Notes: generated from the letters alone by a model not told the origin. DNA of 64,000 nt from Polyangiaceae bacterium (GCA_044376115.1 JBILLK010000030.1:32001-96000); one strand, 5' to 3'; positions 1-10,669 are shown, counted from the first letter of the stretch. Translations and numbers: made by a program.

Positions 1-1004
1 ACGATCCCCCGGGCGGGACCGGCCAGCTGTGCAGCGACTGCACCTGGCTGAGCCATGCGGGTAAGCTCTACGTCGCTTGCGCCGCGAACATGGCGCCGAT
101 CGACTCGCTCGAGTGCCCCGGGGGCACCGAGCTGGTCGTGCTGCAAGACGCTGCCGAGCAGAGCGCGCTCAGCCCGCTTCTCCCCGACGCCTTTGAGGGC
201 GGCTACGTGAATCTGCGCCAAGCGGAGCTCGCGCCACACCTGGTCTCGAGCTGGTCCTGGAGCGGACGTGAGGGCATGCCGCCGGCGTGGGGCGAGGGCC
301 AGCCAGACGATTACGACCAGTTTGAGCCGGTGGGGCTCGAGAACGATCAGGAGCAGTGCGCGGCGCTCTATCGTCAGGGCAGCGTCGTTGAGCTGGCGGA
401 CGTGCCCTGTGACAGCTTCGCCAAGTATTTTCTATGCGAACAGACGGTGCCGGGCTGCATCGCAGGCACGGCGTGCTTGGTGGCAGAGGGCTGCAAAGGC
501 GTCTTCGACTGCGACCTGCCCGAGGGCGCGCAGTGCGTCGCCTCGCCGGCCACCGAGACCTGCAACGGCCTCGACGACAACTGCGACGGCACCTTAGATG
601 ACGCGAGCTGCGACTGCGTCCCGTTCAGCGGCCCCGCGGGCGAGAGTTACAAACGCTGCCTGTTCAACACCCAGCTCGAAGGCGCGCAGTGCGGCCCGGG
701 CTACCGGCTGGCATTCCCAAACGACGCCGCCGAACTCAGCCTGCTCAGCAACAACCTAGGCGGCGACGACCGTTGGTTGGGCGCCTACCAGCCCACGGAC
801 GAGAACGCCATCGACGGCGGCTGGCGAGGCTTGGACGGCACGCCGGTGTCGCTCACGGTGTGGAACAGCGGCCAACCTGACGACGGCAACCTGACCGAGA
901 ACGGCTTTCAGCAGTGCGTTCGCCTGACCTCCGGGGGGGGCTCCGGGGGAGCACACGACGAGTCCTGCAGCGCGACGTTGGGCTACCTGTGCGAAGAGCT
1001 TTGA
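1..1004 (+). CDS. Secreted Cys-rich protein with two C-type lectin-like domains and a central ETCNGLDDNCDG metal-binding repeat (5'-truncated by window)
   Basis: Frame is open from position 3 (DPPGGTGQLCSDCTWLSHAGKLYVAC). Two WxxGQPDD...C...C CTLD-like motifs and a myxobacterial CNGLDDNCDG repeat. Confidence 0.7.
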   Translation, partial: DPPGGTGQLCSDCTWLSHAGKLYVACAANMAPIDSLECPGGTELVVLQDAAEQSALSPLLPDAFEGGYVNLRQAELAPHLVSSWSWSGREGMPPAWGEGQPDDYDQFEPVGLENDQEQCAALYRQGSVVELADVPCDSFAKYFLCEQTVPGCIAGTACLVAEGCKGVFDCDLPEGAQCVASPATETCNGLDDNCDGTLDDASCDCVPFSGPAGESYKRCLFNTQLEGAQCGPGYRLAFPNDAAELSLLSNNLGGDDRWLGAYQPTDENAIDGGWRGLDGTPVSLTVWNSGQPDDGNLTENGFQQCVRLTSGGGSGGAHDESCSATLGYLCEEL

Positions 1005-1075
1005 TCGCGGCGTAGGTCGACATCTTCCGCAAGCGGGCGCACGCCTTGGCCTTCTGCCGGCGTGCAGAGTCACGG

Positions 1076-2338
1076 TCAATATGCAGTCGTAGCCACACGA
1101 ACGGCGTCGGCTCCAGCGCCCGCGAGCTTCTCTTCCATGTGCTCGTAGCCGCGGTCCAGATGGTAGACGCGCAATACTTCGGTCTCGTCGCGCGCGACCA
1201 AACCAGCGATCACCAGCGAGGCGCTGGCTCGAAGATCGGTCGCCATGACCTGCGCGCCTTCGAGCTGACGCGGCCCACGGATCACAGCGCTGCTGCCGTC
1301 GGTCTCGATGTCAGCGCCCATGCGCGCGAGCTCCGGAACGTGCATGAAGCGGTTCTCGAAGATCGTCTCGTGAATGGTGCTCTCTCCCTCCGCGAGGCAG
1401 GACAAAACCATGATCTGCGCCTGCATGTCGGTGGGGAAGCCCGGGTGCGGCATGGTCTCGATGCGGATCGGCTTGAGCGGGCCGTTGCGATGAATGCGCG
1501 CCGCCGTTCCTTCACGCGTGATCTCCACGCCCATACGCTTGAGCACCTCGATCGTCGAGGCCATATCCTCGAGCGGCGCGTTCTCTAGCAGGACGTTGCC
1601 GCCGGTGGCTGCGGCCGCGACCATGTAGGTCCCAGCCTCGATGCGGTCGGCGATGATCGCATGATCGAAGGGCGCGAGCTCATCCCGGCCTTCAATCTCC
1701 ATCACATCGGTGCCAGCGCCGGTGACGATCGCCCCCATCTTGTTGAGCACCCGGCCGAGTTCCTCGACCTCGGGCTCCTTCGCCGCGTTGACCAGTCGCG
1801 TTTTGCCTTTGGCCAGCGCCGCCGCCATCATCAGGTTCTCGGTGCCGGTGACCGTCGGCATGTCGAAGACGATCTCGGCTCCGCGTAGGCGTGAGCTCTT
1901 GGCGACGATGTAGCCGCGCTCGAGCGAGATGGTGGCGCCGAGCTTTTCCAGCCCCTTGAGGTGCTGATCCACGGGCCGCGAGCCGATTTGACAGCCGCCG
2001 GGGAGCGAGACCTGCGCGCGGCCGTTGCGGGCGAGCAGCGGGCCGAGCACCATCACGCTCGCGCGCATCTGCTTCACCAGCTCATAAGGCGCGATCGGCC
2101 GGTCTGTGCCGAAGCCCTTCACGGTCACCACCGGCGGAGCCGAATTGACCTCCCGGCCGAGAAACCGCAGCAACGCCGAGGTGGTCTCGATGTCGCGAAG
2201 GGCTGGCACATTGCGCAACAAGCTCTCGCCGTCGGAAAGCAACGTCGCACAAAGGATGGGAAGAGCCGCGTTTTTCGCGCCGCTGATCTTGATGGTGCCT
2301 TCGAGCCGTTTGCCGCCTCGGATCCTGATGGACTCCAT
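1076..2338 (-). CDS. murA: UDP-N-acetylglucosamine 1-carboxyvinyltransferase
   Basis: [31 protein letters not shown] (catalytic Cys), [33 protein letters not shown]. Confidence 0.97.
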   Translation of the reverse strand: MESIRIRGGKRLEGTIKISGAKNAALPILCATLLSDGESLLRNVPALRDIETTSALLRFLGREVNSAPPVVTVKGFGTDRPIAPYELVKQMRASVMVLGPLLARNGRAQVSLPGGCQIGSRPVDQHLKGLEKLGATISLERGYIVAKSSRLRGAEIVFDMPTVTGTENLMMAAALAKGKTRLVNAAKEPEVEELGRVLNKMGAIVTGAGTDVMEIEGRDELAPFDHAIIADRIEAGTYMVAAAATGGNVLLENAPLEDMASTIEVLKRMGVEITREGTAARIHRNGPLKPIRIETMPHPGFPTDMQAQIMVLSCLAEGESTIHETIFENRFMHVPELARMGADIETDGSSAVIRGPRQLEGAQVMATDLRASASLVIAGLVARDETEVLRVYHLDRGYEHMEEKLAGAGADAVRVATTAY

Positions 2339-2479
2339 GGCGTTCGCTTATGTCACAAGAGTCCGCAATCCGCCTAGCAGTGTGATGAAAATGGCACCAT
2401 CGCGCTGCGCCTTCTCTGCAACTCTCGCGGAATCGGCTAAGGAACCAAAGCAATCGTCGCGAGGAGGGCAGAACCGCGC

Positions 2480-4552
2480 ATGTCGACAGTGTTGAAGGAT
2501 GTCGGCTCGTCTGGAGCGCGGGAGACCGCGGGCTCTTACCGCCCTGACATCGACGGGATGCGGGCGATTGCGGTTCTAGCCGTCATCGTCAATCACTTCA
2601 GCGTCGACGTCCTGCCTGGCGGATTCCTGGGCGTCGACATGTTCTTCGTCATCTCCGGCTTCGTCATCACGACCTCGGTGCTCAGCCGCAATTACGAGAG
2701 CTTCGGCGAGCTTCTGCTCGATTTCTATTCGCGCCGGATCAAGCGTCTACTCCCGGCGCTGTTGGTTTGCATCCTCGTGACGGGGCTTTTCTGCGCCATC
2801 TTCATCAACCCCGACTCGGAGGGTTTTTCCCACTCCATGCACGCGGGCTTCTTGGCGCTGTTTGGGGTCTCCAACTTCTATTTCTTCAGCGAAGAGGTCG
2901 ACTATTTCGGCCTGTCGGCGAAGCTCAACCTGTTTACCCACACGTGGTCGCTCGGCGTCGAAGAACAGTTTTACCTGCTCTTCCCAGCGATGGTCTGGAG
3001 CGTGCAGGGCTTTTCGCGCGGGGCGAAAAGGGCGCAAGCGCTTCGTCTCCTCCTCACCGTCCTCACGGCCCTCTCCTTCGCGGGCTTCATATGGCTGAAC
3101 CACTCCCTACCCGCCGCCGCTTACTTCATGATGCCGCCGCGCTTCTTCGAGCTGAGCGTCGGATGTCTGGTAGCGATCGCTCCCTCCTTTGTTAACGCGG
3201 CGCTCGACCGGCGCGCAAACCTGTGGTCCTGGCTCGCGCTTCTGCTCGTGTTCGGCGGATTTTGCGTCGAGTCCGGATGGCAGGCACTCACCACACCGCT
3301 CGTCGTCGTCGCTTCGGCCGCGCTCATTTTAACGAGCCGCCCAACGAGCGGAGTCTATTCGCTGCTGACGAACCGATGGGCGCTCTTCGTCGGCCAGAGG
3401 TCCTATTCGCTCTATCTCTGGCACTGGAGCGTTCTCTCGGCCAGCCGCTGGACGGTCGGGGTCGACGCACGCACAGCGCCCTTCCAGGTCGTCGCCATCC
3501 TGCTGCTGGGAGTTGGCAGCTACCTCTATGTCGAGCGGCCCCTGCGGCGCGCGAGCTGGACGAGATGGAAGCCAGTGACGATCGCCCTGGGTCTCGCCAC
3601 GCTCGCCGCGGCCGGCTTCGCCGTGAACGCGCTTAACACGGAATTCAAAGGCAGCCTCTACGCCGGTTCACCAGTGCAAATGGTGACAAAGGGCATGTTC
3701 AGCCTGTTCGACGAAAAGAAGTTCGAAGGAAAGACCATCTGGCGTGCGGACCCGTGCGTGCTCGCGTCGAACGATGAGGTCGGCAAGAAGATCGACGCCA
3801 ACGTCTGCACGCTCGGCGGTCCGAGCGCCGCGACCCCGACTTTCCTCGTCATCGGCGATTCGTTCAGCGCCGCAGAGTTCGAGCTGTATTCGGCGCTCTA
3901 TGAGAACGGCCTAGGCAAAGTCGTTGCGACCGCCACCTGGGCCGCGATGCCGGTTCCTGAGGTCAAGATCGACAATAACTGTGAACTCTCGAACCAATAC
4001 TATTGGGACACCGTCATCCCTCAACTCGCGGCGCAGCTTCGCGCTGGCGACGTTCTCCTGATGGTCAACGATCTTTGGAACTTCACGCCGAAAGACCGGA
4101 CGCCCGCCGACGACGAGCGCCTCGAGCTACTCGAGACCGGCTTGAGTCGGATCGCCGCCGAATTTCGTGCGAAGGGCGTCGCCATCGTCTTCCAGTCGCA
4201 CAATCCTTTCATGCGCGAATCAGGCTGCACGCCCGACATCGCCAAGCCGCAATGGTTCAATCTCTCCGATCGCGGCCCATGCGTCTATTACACGAAGGAG
4301 GAGTCGTTGCGACGGATGGCGCCGCTCCGTGCGACGTTGGAGCGTGTGCGCCGCTCGCATGGCAACTTCTTCGTGCTGGATCTCTTCCCGGTCATGTGTT
4401 CCGGGGAGGTCTGCGGCTTCTACTCGCACGACCAACAGCCGCTCTACCGCGACGAATGGTCGCATATGAGCGTCGAGGCCAACTATCTCGCCCGCCCTGT
4501 CTTCCTTCAGACGGTGAAAGAGGCGCTGAATTGGCGCGGCGGCGAGCAATGA
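2480..4552 (+). CDS. Acyltransferase family 3 + SGNH domain O-acetyltransferase (OafA/YrhL/OatA-like)
   Basis: YRPDIDGMRAIAV, GVDMFFVISGF, FYSRRIKRLLP, HTWSLGVEEQFY, SYSLYLWHW. C-terminal GDSF and YRDEWSH SGNH motifs. Confidence 0.9.
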   Translation: MSTVLKDVGSSGARETAGSYRPDIDGMRAIAVLAVIVNHFSVDVLPGGFLGVDMFFVISGFVITTSVLSRNYESFGELLLDFYSRRIKRLLPALLVCILVTGLFCAIFINPDSEGFSHSMHAGFLALFGVSNFYFFSEEVDYFGLSAKLNLFTHTWSLGVEEQFYLLFPAMVWSVQGFSRGAKRAQALRLLLTVLTALSFAGFIWLNHSLPAAAYFMMPPRFFELSVGCLVAIAPSFVNAALDRRANLWSWLALLLVFGGFCVESGWQALTTPLVVVASAALILTSRPTSGVYSLLTNRWALFVGQRSYSLYLWHWSVLSASRWTVGVDARTAPFQVVAILLLGVGSYLYVERPLRRASWTRWKPVTIALGLATLAAAGFAVNALNTEFKGSLYAGSPVQMVTKGMFSLFDEKKFEGKTIWRADPCVLASNDEVGKKIDANVCTLGGPSAATPTFLVIGDSFSAAEFELYSALYENGLGKVVATATWAAMPVPEVKIDNNCELSNQYYWDTVIPQLAAQLRAGDVLLMVNDLWNFTPKDRTPADDERLELLETGLSRIAAEFRAKGVAIVFQSHNPFMRESGCTPDIAKPQWFNLSDRGPCVYYTKEESLRRMAPLRATLERVRRSHGNFFVLDLFPVMCSGEVCGFYSHDQQPLYRDEWSHMSVEANYLARPVFLQTVKEALNWRGGEQ

Positions 4553-4653
4553 GGCGGGCCAGAGGATAGTCGGGCGTTCCCAGATCGAAGAAGTGCACGG
4601 CTTGTAGCGAAGGTGACAGGTATCCCGCCTGTCGGGTACCTTCGCGGGCCCTC

Positions 4654-5838
4654 ATGCAGCGGATTTTTCTTTTCGGTTCGGCGTTGCTCACCTCCTTGTG
4701 CGCCTCGGAGGCGATGGCTTTGCCGCCTTCCGCCGATCTGCGCGGGACTTTTGCGCCGCTGCACGCTGAAGGCGGCTTGGTGGTGGAGCCAGCCGATTCA
4801 CCGGAGACCGGAGACGTTACCGGGCATGCGCGGCTGAACTACGGCTATCGGCCGGTCGTGCTTTTGAGCGATGACGCGGTGAACTACGAGCTCATCAGTC
4901 ACCAGTTCACCGCCGATGTAGGTCTGAACGTCGGCCTGTTCGGCCGGCTCACGCTCGGCATGGATTTGCCGATTTTGGTCGGCCAAATTGGGGATGACTT
5001 CTCGCGTGTGGAGGAGGTGGTCGCGCTGGTCGGGATCGACAAAGTGCCGCTCGCTTCGCTCGGTGATCCGGGGTTGCGCGCCAAGGTGACGATCGTCAAG
5101 CCGCAGGCCGTCGGCAAGAGCTCCTTTCGCGGCTTTGGCCTGGCCGCCGATGCACGAGTCACGCTGCCGCTCGGGGATGAAGGCAGCTTCATCGCCGAGG
5201 GTGAAGTGACCGGCCAGGGCCGGCTGCTCGCTGAGTACGGCTTCGGCCCCGCGAGCGCGTACCTCAGCGCTGGCGCCAAACTTCGCGCCGAAGAAGCCTC
5301 CTTCGCGTGCAACGCGCCGCTCTCCAGCTGCCCCTCGCGCTTTGGTCACGAATTGCCTGTCTACGCCGCTGTTTCGCTCAACCCGAGCGAGCTCGGCATC
5401 GACCCGGAGGAACATTGGGGCTTGATGGTCGAGGCCTTCGGTCATCTGCCGCTCACGCCAGTTGCTCCCACCGATTCAACGCTGCCGTGGGCGCTCTCGG
5501 CCGGCGCCACCGCGCGTTACCGCAGCGGTGACATCGCCTTCGTGATGGGAGCCTATGCAGCTTTGCTCGACGGCATCGGCAGCGCGCCCTTCTCGGCGAC
5601 CTTGGGCATCGCCTTCGCCCCGCGTGAAGCTGACTCGGATGGAGACGGCCTTTCCGATGCGCAAGACGAGTGCGTCTCCTGGCCCGAAGACAAAGACGGC
5701 TTCGAGGACGGAGACGGCTGCCCCGAGATGGACAACGACGGTGACGGCGTCCCCGACGCGATGGATGATTGCCCCGCCGCTGCAGGAAAGCCCGGAGATC
5801 GCGGCTGCGCTGCGCCTGCAGCCCCTGCTGCGCAGTAG
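4654..5838 (+). CDS. Outer-membrane beta-barrel protein with thrombospondin type 3 repeats (TraB/OmpA-family-like, no OmpA domain)
   Basis: Signal peptide, amphipathic beta-strands, C-terminal DSDGDGLSDAQDEC..PEDKDGFEDGDGCPEMDNDGDGVPD TSP3 repeats. Confidence 0.7.
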   Translation: MQRIFLFGSALLTSLCASEAMALPPSADLRGTFAPLHAEGGLVVEPADSPETGDVTGHARLNYGYRPVVLLSDDAVNYELISHQFTADVGLNVGLFGRLTLGMDLPILVGQIGDDFSRVEEVVALVGIDKVPLASLGDPGLRAKVTIVKPQAVGKSSFRGFGLAADARVTLPLGDEGSFIAEGEVTGQGRLLAEYGFGPASAYLSAGAKLRAEEASFACNAPLSSCPSRFGHELPVYAAVSLNPSELGIDPEEHWGLMVEAFGHLPLTPVAPTDSTLPWALSAGATARYRSGDIAFVMGAYAALLDGIGSAPFSATLGIAFAPREADSDGDGLSDAQDECVSWPEDKDGFEDGDGCPEMDNDGDGVPDAMDDCPAAAGKPGDRGCAAPAAPAAQ

Positions 5839-5911
5839 CTGATCGGGCAGCCGCTCGATCGGCTGCGCATTCGGCCGTCCGACCCAGCGCGCCGCGTTGT
5901 AGCATCGGCCG

Positions 5912-8900
5912 TTGTCTGAAGCGCGACTCATCGCAGGACGCTTTTCGTTGTTGGCGCTCTCAGGGCAGGGCTCGGCCGGCTCGGTGTATCGCGCGCTCGA
6001 CACGCAGTCGGGCGGCTACGTAGCGCTCAAGCTGCTGCTGCGCGGTGGCGATGATCGCTCGCTTGCTCGCTTCGAGCGTGAGGCCCAGCTGCTCTCGCGC
6101 ATCCGCGCGCCGCACTTGGCGGGCTACATCGCGCACGGCGTCGATGACTCGGGCGAGAAGTTCTTGGCAGTGGATTGGGTGGAGGGGGAAGACCTGGCGC
6201 GGGTGATGCGCAGGCGACGGCTGGGCCTCGGTGAGGCGGTGGAGATCGCACTGCAGGCGCTGCAAGGACTGTCGGCGTTGCATGAGCGCGCGGTGGTTCA
6301 TCGCGATGTGAAGCCCAGCAACCTGATGCTCTCCAACACTGAGCTCGGGGGCAGCGAGGTGACCCTGATCGATCTGGGTGTGGCGCACATTCAAGGGGAC
6401 CTCAGCCTCACGCAAGAGGGCACGATGGTGGGCACGCCTCACTTCATGTCGCCTGAGCAAATCCTTGGAGAAGAGAATGTAACGCCCGCCGCCGACGTGT
6501 TCTCGATGGGCGTCTTGCTGTTCGAGATGTTGACCGGCGTGCGCGCTTACACAGGCCACGACGTGGTCGAGATCGTCGCCAAGATCGCCCTCTCCGACGC
6601 GCCGCGGATCGCCAGCGTGGCTCCGCAGCTCGCGCCCGCGCTGTGCCAGATCGTGGACCGTGCGCTCTGTCGCAACCCGCAGGATCGCTTCCGTGACGCG
6701 GCCGAGCTGCGCGACGCGTTGTTGGCGATCGCCGACGATCTCGGCGAGGTGGTCGAGTCGAAGGCGCGCTCCACGCGTCCGCCTGCCTCGTCGGTGGTGT
6801 TCGGCTCGCCGCTCAGCGAAGCCGATGAGACCGCCTTCAACCTGCGTTCGCCGCTTACCGGGAGTGAGGCCGATCTTTCGCTCGATCAGCCGCTGCTCGC
6901 GACGTCAGCGGAGAAGCGCGTGGTGACAGCGCTCTTCGCTCACTTGCCGGCGGAGGCTCAAGCCCATGCTTTGTTCGACGAGCTGGTGCGCCGTGAAGGC
7001 GGCCGGCCGCACCGCCTGCTCTCCTTCGCCCACGTCGGCGTGTTCGGCGCAGAGCGTTCGCTCGGCGACGAGGCTCCATGTGCGGCCCGCGCAGCGCTCG
7101 CGCTCGCAGCCCAAGTCGCTCCCATCCGCCTGGCGATCTCCACTGGCCGAGCGCTCACCGGCGAAGGCGAAATATCGGGCGACGCGATCGAAAGGGGCGC
7201 GCGCGTCTTGGAGCTGCGGCGCGACGGGGAGATCGGTCTCGACAGCGGCACCGCGCAGCTGCTGCACGACGGCTTCGATCTGCAGGGCTCGAGCGAAGAC
7301 CGCTGCCTTTGGCGGGAGCGCGCCGAAGGTCGTTCGCTGCGCGAGACGGCCTTCGTCGGGCGCAGCGCCGAGCTCGATCAGCTGCGGCGCGTGCTCGATG
7401 AAGCCTTTCTCAGCGCGAGTTCGAACGCGCTGCTCGTGCTCGGGCCGGGCGGGATCGGCAAGACGCGTTTGGCCCAAGAGGCGATGGCCGGCCTGCAAGC
7501 CGACCACCGGCGCGCAACCATCGTGCTCGCGAGGCCCTCGAGCATGGCGCGCTTCTCCTCCTTCGCGACCTTGTTCGGCGCGCTCACGCGGGTCGCGCCT
7601 GCGCTGCGGCAGGTGGTGATCGAAGAATGGCGGCCGCTCTACAGTGAGCTCACTCGGCTTTGCGGTAGCGGTCTCGACTACGTCAATGACTCGGTGCTCG
7701 CGCTCGATCGACTGCGCGATTTGTTCGAGGCGTGGGTCACGGCGCTCGCGCGCAAGGCGCCACTCTTGTTCGTGGTGGAGGACCTGCATTTCGCCGATGA
7801 GCCGTCGCTGCGCCTATTGTTCGGCGCTGCGCGCAACTGCAAAGACGTGCCCTTCGTGCTCGTGGGCATCGGTCGTGAAGAGCCGACGCTGCCCGCCGCT
7901 GCTTCGGTGCAGCGCATCGCGCTCGGCCCGCTGCCGATCGAGGAGGCTCGCCTGTTGGCCGAACTCGCGCTCCGCCGCGCCGCGCGGCCGCTCGATCGCA
8001 TCGTCGAACGTGCACTCGGTAACCCTTATGTGATCGGCGAATTGTGCCGCTTCTCGCTGACCGGGGCGGAGCTCGACACGCTGCCGGAGAGCGTGCTCGC
8101 GTTGCAACAGGCGCGGCTCGACGCGCTCGGCCCTGCCAACAAACGTTACGCCGCGTTGGCCAGCGTGTTCGGCCCTGTGTTCTGGACCGACGGTGTGCAG
8201 CGCATGGTGGGTGAGCAGCCAGCGGCTGCGCGCGCCGAGCAGCTGATCGCCGAAGGCGTCGTGATGCGCGTGGAGACGCGCGCCGAGGCGATGCCCAGGT
8301 CGCTCTCCGAGTCGGTGGAGCTCAGCTTCACGAGCGAGCTCTTGCGCGCCGCTGCGTATGAGAGTTTGGTGGACGCCGATCGCGTAGAGGCCCATCGGCG
8401 AGCGGCGATCTGGCTCGAATCGAAGAGCTTGGCCGAACCGCTCGTGCTGGGCCGTCACTTCGAACTGGCGCAGCTTCCGGCTCGCGCGCTCGCGCATTAT
8501 TGTCGCGCCTGCGAGCTCTCGCTCTTCGGCAACGACTTCGCGGCGGCGGTTCGCTGCGGCGAGCTGGCCTTTGCTTGCGGCGCCAGCGGTGAGGTGCGCG
8601 GCCGCCTCGAGCTGGTGTTGGCCGAGGCGTATCGTTGGCAGGGCCAACTCGAGGCCGCACGCGACGCCGCTTCGCGCGCGACCAGCCTCTTGCGGCAAGG
8701 CTCGCGCGAGTGGTTCTTCGCCGTGCGCGAGCGCATCGCGGCGCACGGTCGGCTCGGTGAAACCACGGCGCTCCCCGCGCTGATCGAGGCGCTGTTCGCT
8801 GCCTCGGTGGAGCCCGGCGCAGAGAGCGCGCAGGTCGCCGCGTTGGTGCCAGCGATCATTCACTTGCTCTACGCCGGTGAGCTGCGTGCGGCGCAGGAGC

Positions 8901-9757
8901 TGGCCGCGCGGCTCGATTCCGACGCCGTCGACCCCGATTCGCTGCTGCCGTTCGCCCGCGCCCGCATCTATCAGCTGCGCGCCGCCCTGCGTCAGCACGA
9001 GGGAGATCTGGCGGCCGCGGTGCGCAACCAGCAGCTGGCGCGCGCCGAATTCCGTGAAGCCAAGGATCAACGGGCCTTTGCCTTGGTCACCTCCAACCTG
9101 GCTTTCACGCTGATGGTGCTCGGTCAAAACGAGACCAGTGAACAGCTCTTGCGCGAGGCCGTGCGACTCGCGCGGCGTCTTTCGTTGGCGACGGTCGAGC
9201 CGCTCGCGTTGCAGAATCTCGGCGCGGTGCGCGCGCGTTTGGGCCACTGGAATGAGGCCATGGAGCTGCAAGGCGAAGCGCTGGCGGCGTTCGAAGCGCG
9301 CAAAGATCCGCGTCTCGCCGGCGTCTCGTCGGTGCACTTGGCGCTGGCTGCGCTCAAGTTGGGCCGGCTCGAAGAAGCGGAGGCCTTCGCCGATCGGGTG
9401 ATCGTCAGCGCCTTCGAGCCGCTGCGTTTTGCTGGCTATGGCGCCAAAGCCTTGCTGGCGCTCGAGCGTGGGGAAGGGGAGCGCGCGGTAGAGCTCGCCA
9501 GGACGGCCAATCAGCTGCTCGATGGGCTCGGGAGCGTGGAGGAGTTCGAGGTGATGGCGCGCTTGGCGTTGGCCGAGGCGTTGCAGCGCTCGGGGCAGGT
9601 GCAGGCGGCGCTCGCCTCGCTGGAGCCGAGTTACACGCGGATGGTCGCTTTGGCCCTAAAAATAGCCGATCCGCAGCTGCAACACGGGTTTCTGTGGAGC
9701 GTGCCGGAGCATGCTCGCGTACTGGAAATGTTCGGGGAGGTTAAGCCGGCTGTTTGA
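5912..9757 (+). CDS. Ser/Thr kinase - degenerate nucleotidyl cyclase-like - STAND/AAA ATPase - TPR multidomain protein
   Basis: HRDVKPSN, DLG, GTPHFMSPE; EKRVVTALFA/VFGA/RLAISTG cyclase-like segment; FVGRSAEL, Walker A GPGGIGKTRL, Walker B VVEDLHFAD; helical TPR-like C-terminus. TTG start. Confidence 0.88.
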   Translation: MSEARLIAGRFSLLALSGQGSAGSVYRALDTQSGGYVALKLLLRGGDDRSLARFEREAQLLSRIRAPHLAGYIAHGVDDSGEKFLAVDWVEGEDLARVMRRRRLGLGEAVEIALQALQGLSALHERAVVHRDVKPSNLMLSNTELGGSEVTLIDLGVAHIQGDLSLTQEGTMVGTPHFMSPEQILGEENVTPAADVFSMGVLLFEMLTGVRAYTGHDVVEIVAKIALSDAPRIASVAPQLAPALCQIVDRALCRNPQDRFRDAAELRDALLAIADDLGEVVESKARSTRPPASSVVFGSPLSEADETAFNLRSPLTGSEADLSLDQPLLATSAEKRVVTALFAHLPAEAQAHALFDELVRREGGRPHRLLSFAHVGVFGAERSLGDEAPCAARAALALAAQVAPIRLAISTGRALTGEGEISGDAIERGARVLELRRDGEIGLDSGTAQLLHDGFDLQGSSEDRCLWRERAEGRSLRETAFVGRSAELDQLRRVLDEAFLSASSNALLVLGPGGIGKTRLAQEAMAGLQADHRRATIVLARPSSMARFSSFATLFGALTRVAPALRQVVIEEWRPLYSELTRLCGSGLDYVNDSVLALDRLRDLFEAWVTALARKAPLLFVVEDLHFADEPSLRLLFGAARNCKDVPFVLVGIGREEPTLPAAASVQRIALGPLPIEEARLLAELALRRAARPLDRIVERALGNPYVIGELCRFSLTGAELDTLPESVLALQQARLDALGPANKRYAALASVFGPVFWTDGVQRMVGEQPAAARAEQLIAEGVVMRVETRAEAMPRSLSESVELSFTSELLRAAAYESLVDADRVEAHRRAAIWLESKSLAEPLVLGRHFELAQLPARALAHYCRACELSLFGNDFAAAVRCGELAFACGASGEVRGRLELVLAEAYRWQGQLEAARDAASRATSLLRQGSREWFFAVRERIAAHGRLGETTALPALIEALFAASVEPGAESAQVAALVPAIIHLLYAGELRAAQELAARLDSDAVDPDSLLPFARARIYQLRAALRQHEGDLAAAVRNQQLARAEFREAKDQRAFALVTSNLAFTLMVLGQNETSEQLLREAVRLARRLSLATVEPLALQNLGAVRARLGHWNEAMELQGEALAAFEARKDPRLAGVSSVHLALAALKLGRLEEAEAFADRVIVSAFEPLRFAGYGAKALLALERGEGERAVELARTANQLLDGLGSVEEFEVMARLALAEALQRSGQVQAALASLEPSYTRMVALALKIADPQLQHGFLWSVPEHARVLEMFGEVKPAV

Positions 9758-9775
9758 CGGGCCGTTCTTGGTCGC

Positions 9776-10669
9776 ATGCGTCGACTCCAGATGCGCCAGC
9801 AAACACCGCTCGGAGTCGCGGTGCATGCGGAGCCCGCTCTTTCCGGTGCCCTTCTGCGGGCCAACGTCGACAGGCTTTTTGGTTCGCCGCTGTACCGGCC
9901 TCCGATGTTGCCGACCGTCGCCTTGCGCGTGCTCGAGCAATCGCGCCGCTCCAACGCCTCCTACTCCGAGGTGGTGGCGCTGATCGAGAGTGACCCGCTG
10001 TTTTCGGCCTCGGTGCTCAAGATCGCCAGCTCGCCGATGTACGCCTCGAAGTCGGCGTTGCGCTCGATCGACCAAGCGCTCTTGCGTATGGGGCTAGCGC
10101 GCCTGGTGGACGTTTGTCTCGAGGTCGCGCTCACCGCCCGCGTCTTTCGCGCGCCCGGCTTCGAGCGGGTGATGGAGCGCGTGCGGCGTCATTCGGTGGC
10201 GGTTGGTCATGTCGCGCGTTTGGTGGCTGAACGCACTGGCGCCGTGGGCGATGACACCTTCACCTTGGGCCTGCTGCACGAGGTTGGCGTGGTGGCGGGG
10301 CTGATCACCTTGAGCACGCAAGCGCTGTGGCCCGAAGGCCTACCGAAAGGCGATCACGTCCCGCTGGTGCTCGACGAGCGCGGCAGCCTCACCGACAAAC
10401 TCGTACGAGCTTGGTGCTTGCCCGACTCGATCGCCCGCGGCCTCAGCGATTTGGGCCGCGGCAGCCCACCCACCGATGCTGGTCTTGCCTCGGTGATCGT
10501 CGCCAACCGCTTGGCCGAGCTGATCGGTTTTGCCGGTGCCAACGAGGCGGTGCACGCCGCTGAATCGGAAGCGGAACAACAAGCGCGCGAGCTCTTAGGT
10601 TTGCGCTTAATCGACCTCAGTGAGCTGGAGGGCGTATCCAAGCGGCTTTGCTCGAGGATGGTGTGTTAG
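9776..10669 (+). CDS. HDOD domain protein
   Basis: PPMLPTVALRV, IESDPLFSASVLKIASSPMY, IDQALLRMG, HSVAVG, GLLHEVG, WCLPDSI. Start may be the ATG at 9791. Confidence 0.85.
   Translation: MRRLQMRQQTPLGVAVHAEPALSGALLRANVDRLFGSPLYRPPMLPTVALRVLEQSRRSNASYSEVVALIESDPLFSASVLKIASSPMYASKSALRSIDQALLRMGLARLVDVCLEVALTARVFRAPGFERVMERVRRHSVAVGHVARLVAERTGAVGDDTFTLGLLHEVGVVAGLITLSTQALWPEGLPKGDHVPLVLDERGSLTDKLVRAWCLPDSIARGLSDLGRGSPPTDAGLASVIVANRLAELIGFAGANEAVHAAESEAEQQARELLGLRLIDLSELEGVSKRLCSRMVC

Noticed and set aside
933..940. G8 tract in the lectin gene as a phase-variation site
   Set aside because: Currently in frame (encodes a Gly linker) and the terminal YLCE motif is intact; no evidence of slippage
7814..9337. 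Long antisense ORFs (also 32720..34111, 34168..35343, 58549..60087 and others)
   Set aside because: Expected shadow ORFs in high-GC DNA opposite well-supported genes; no recognisable motifs
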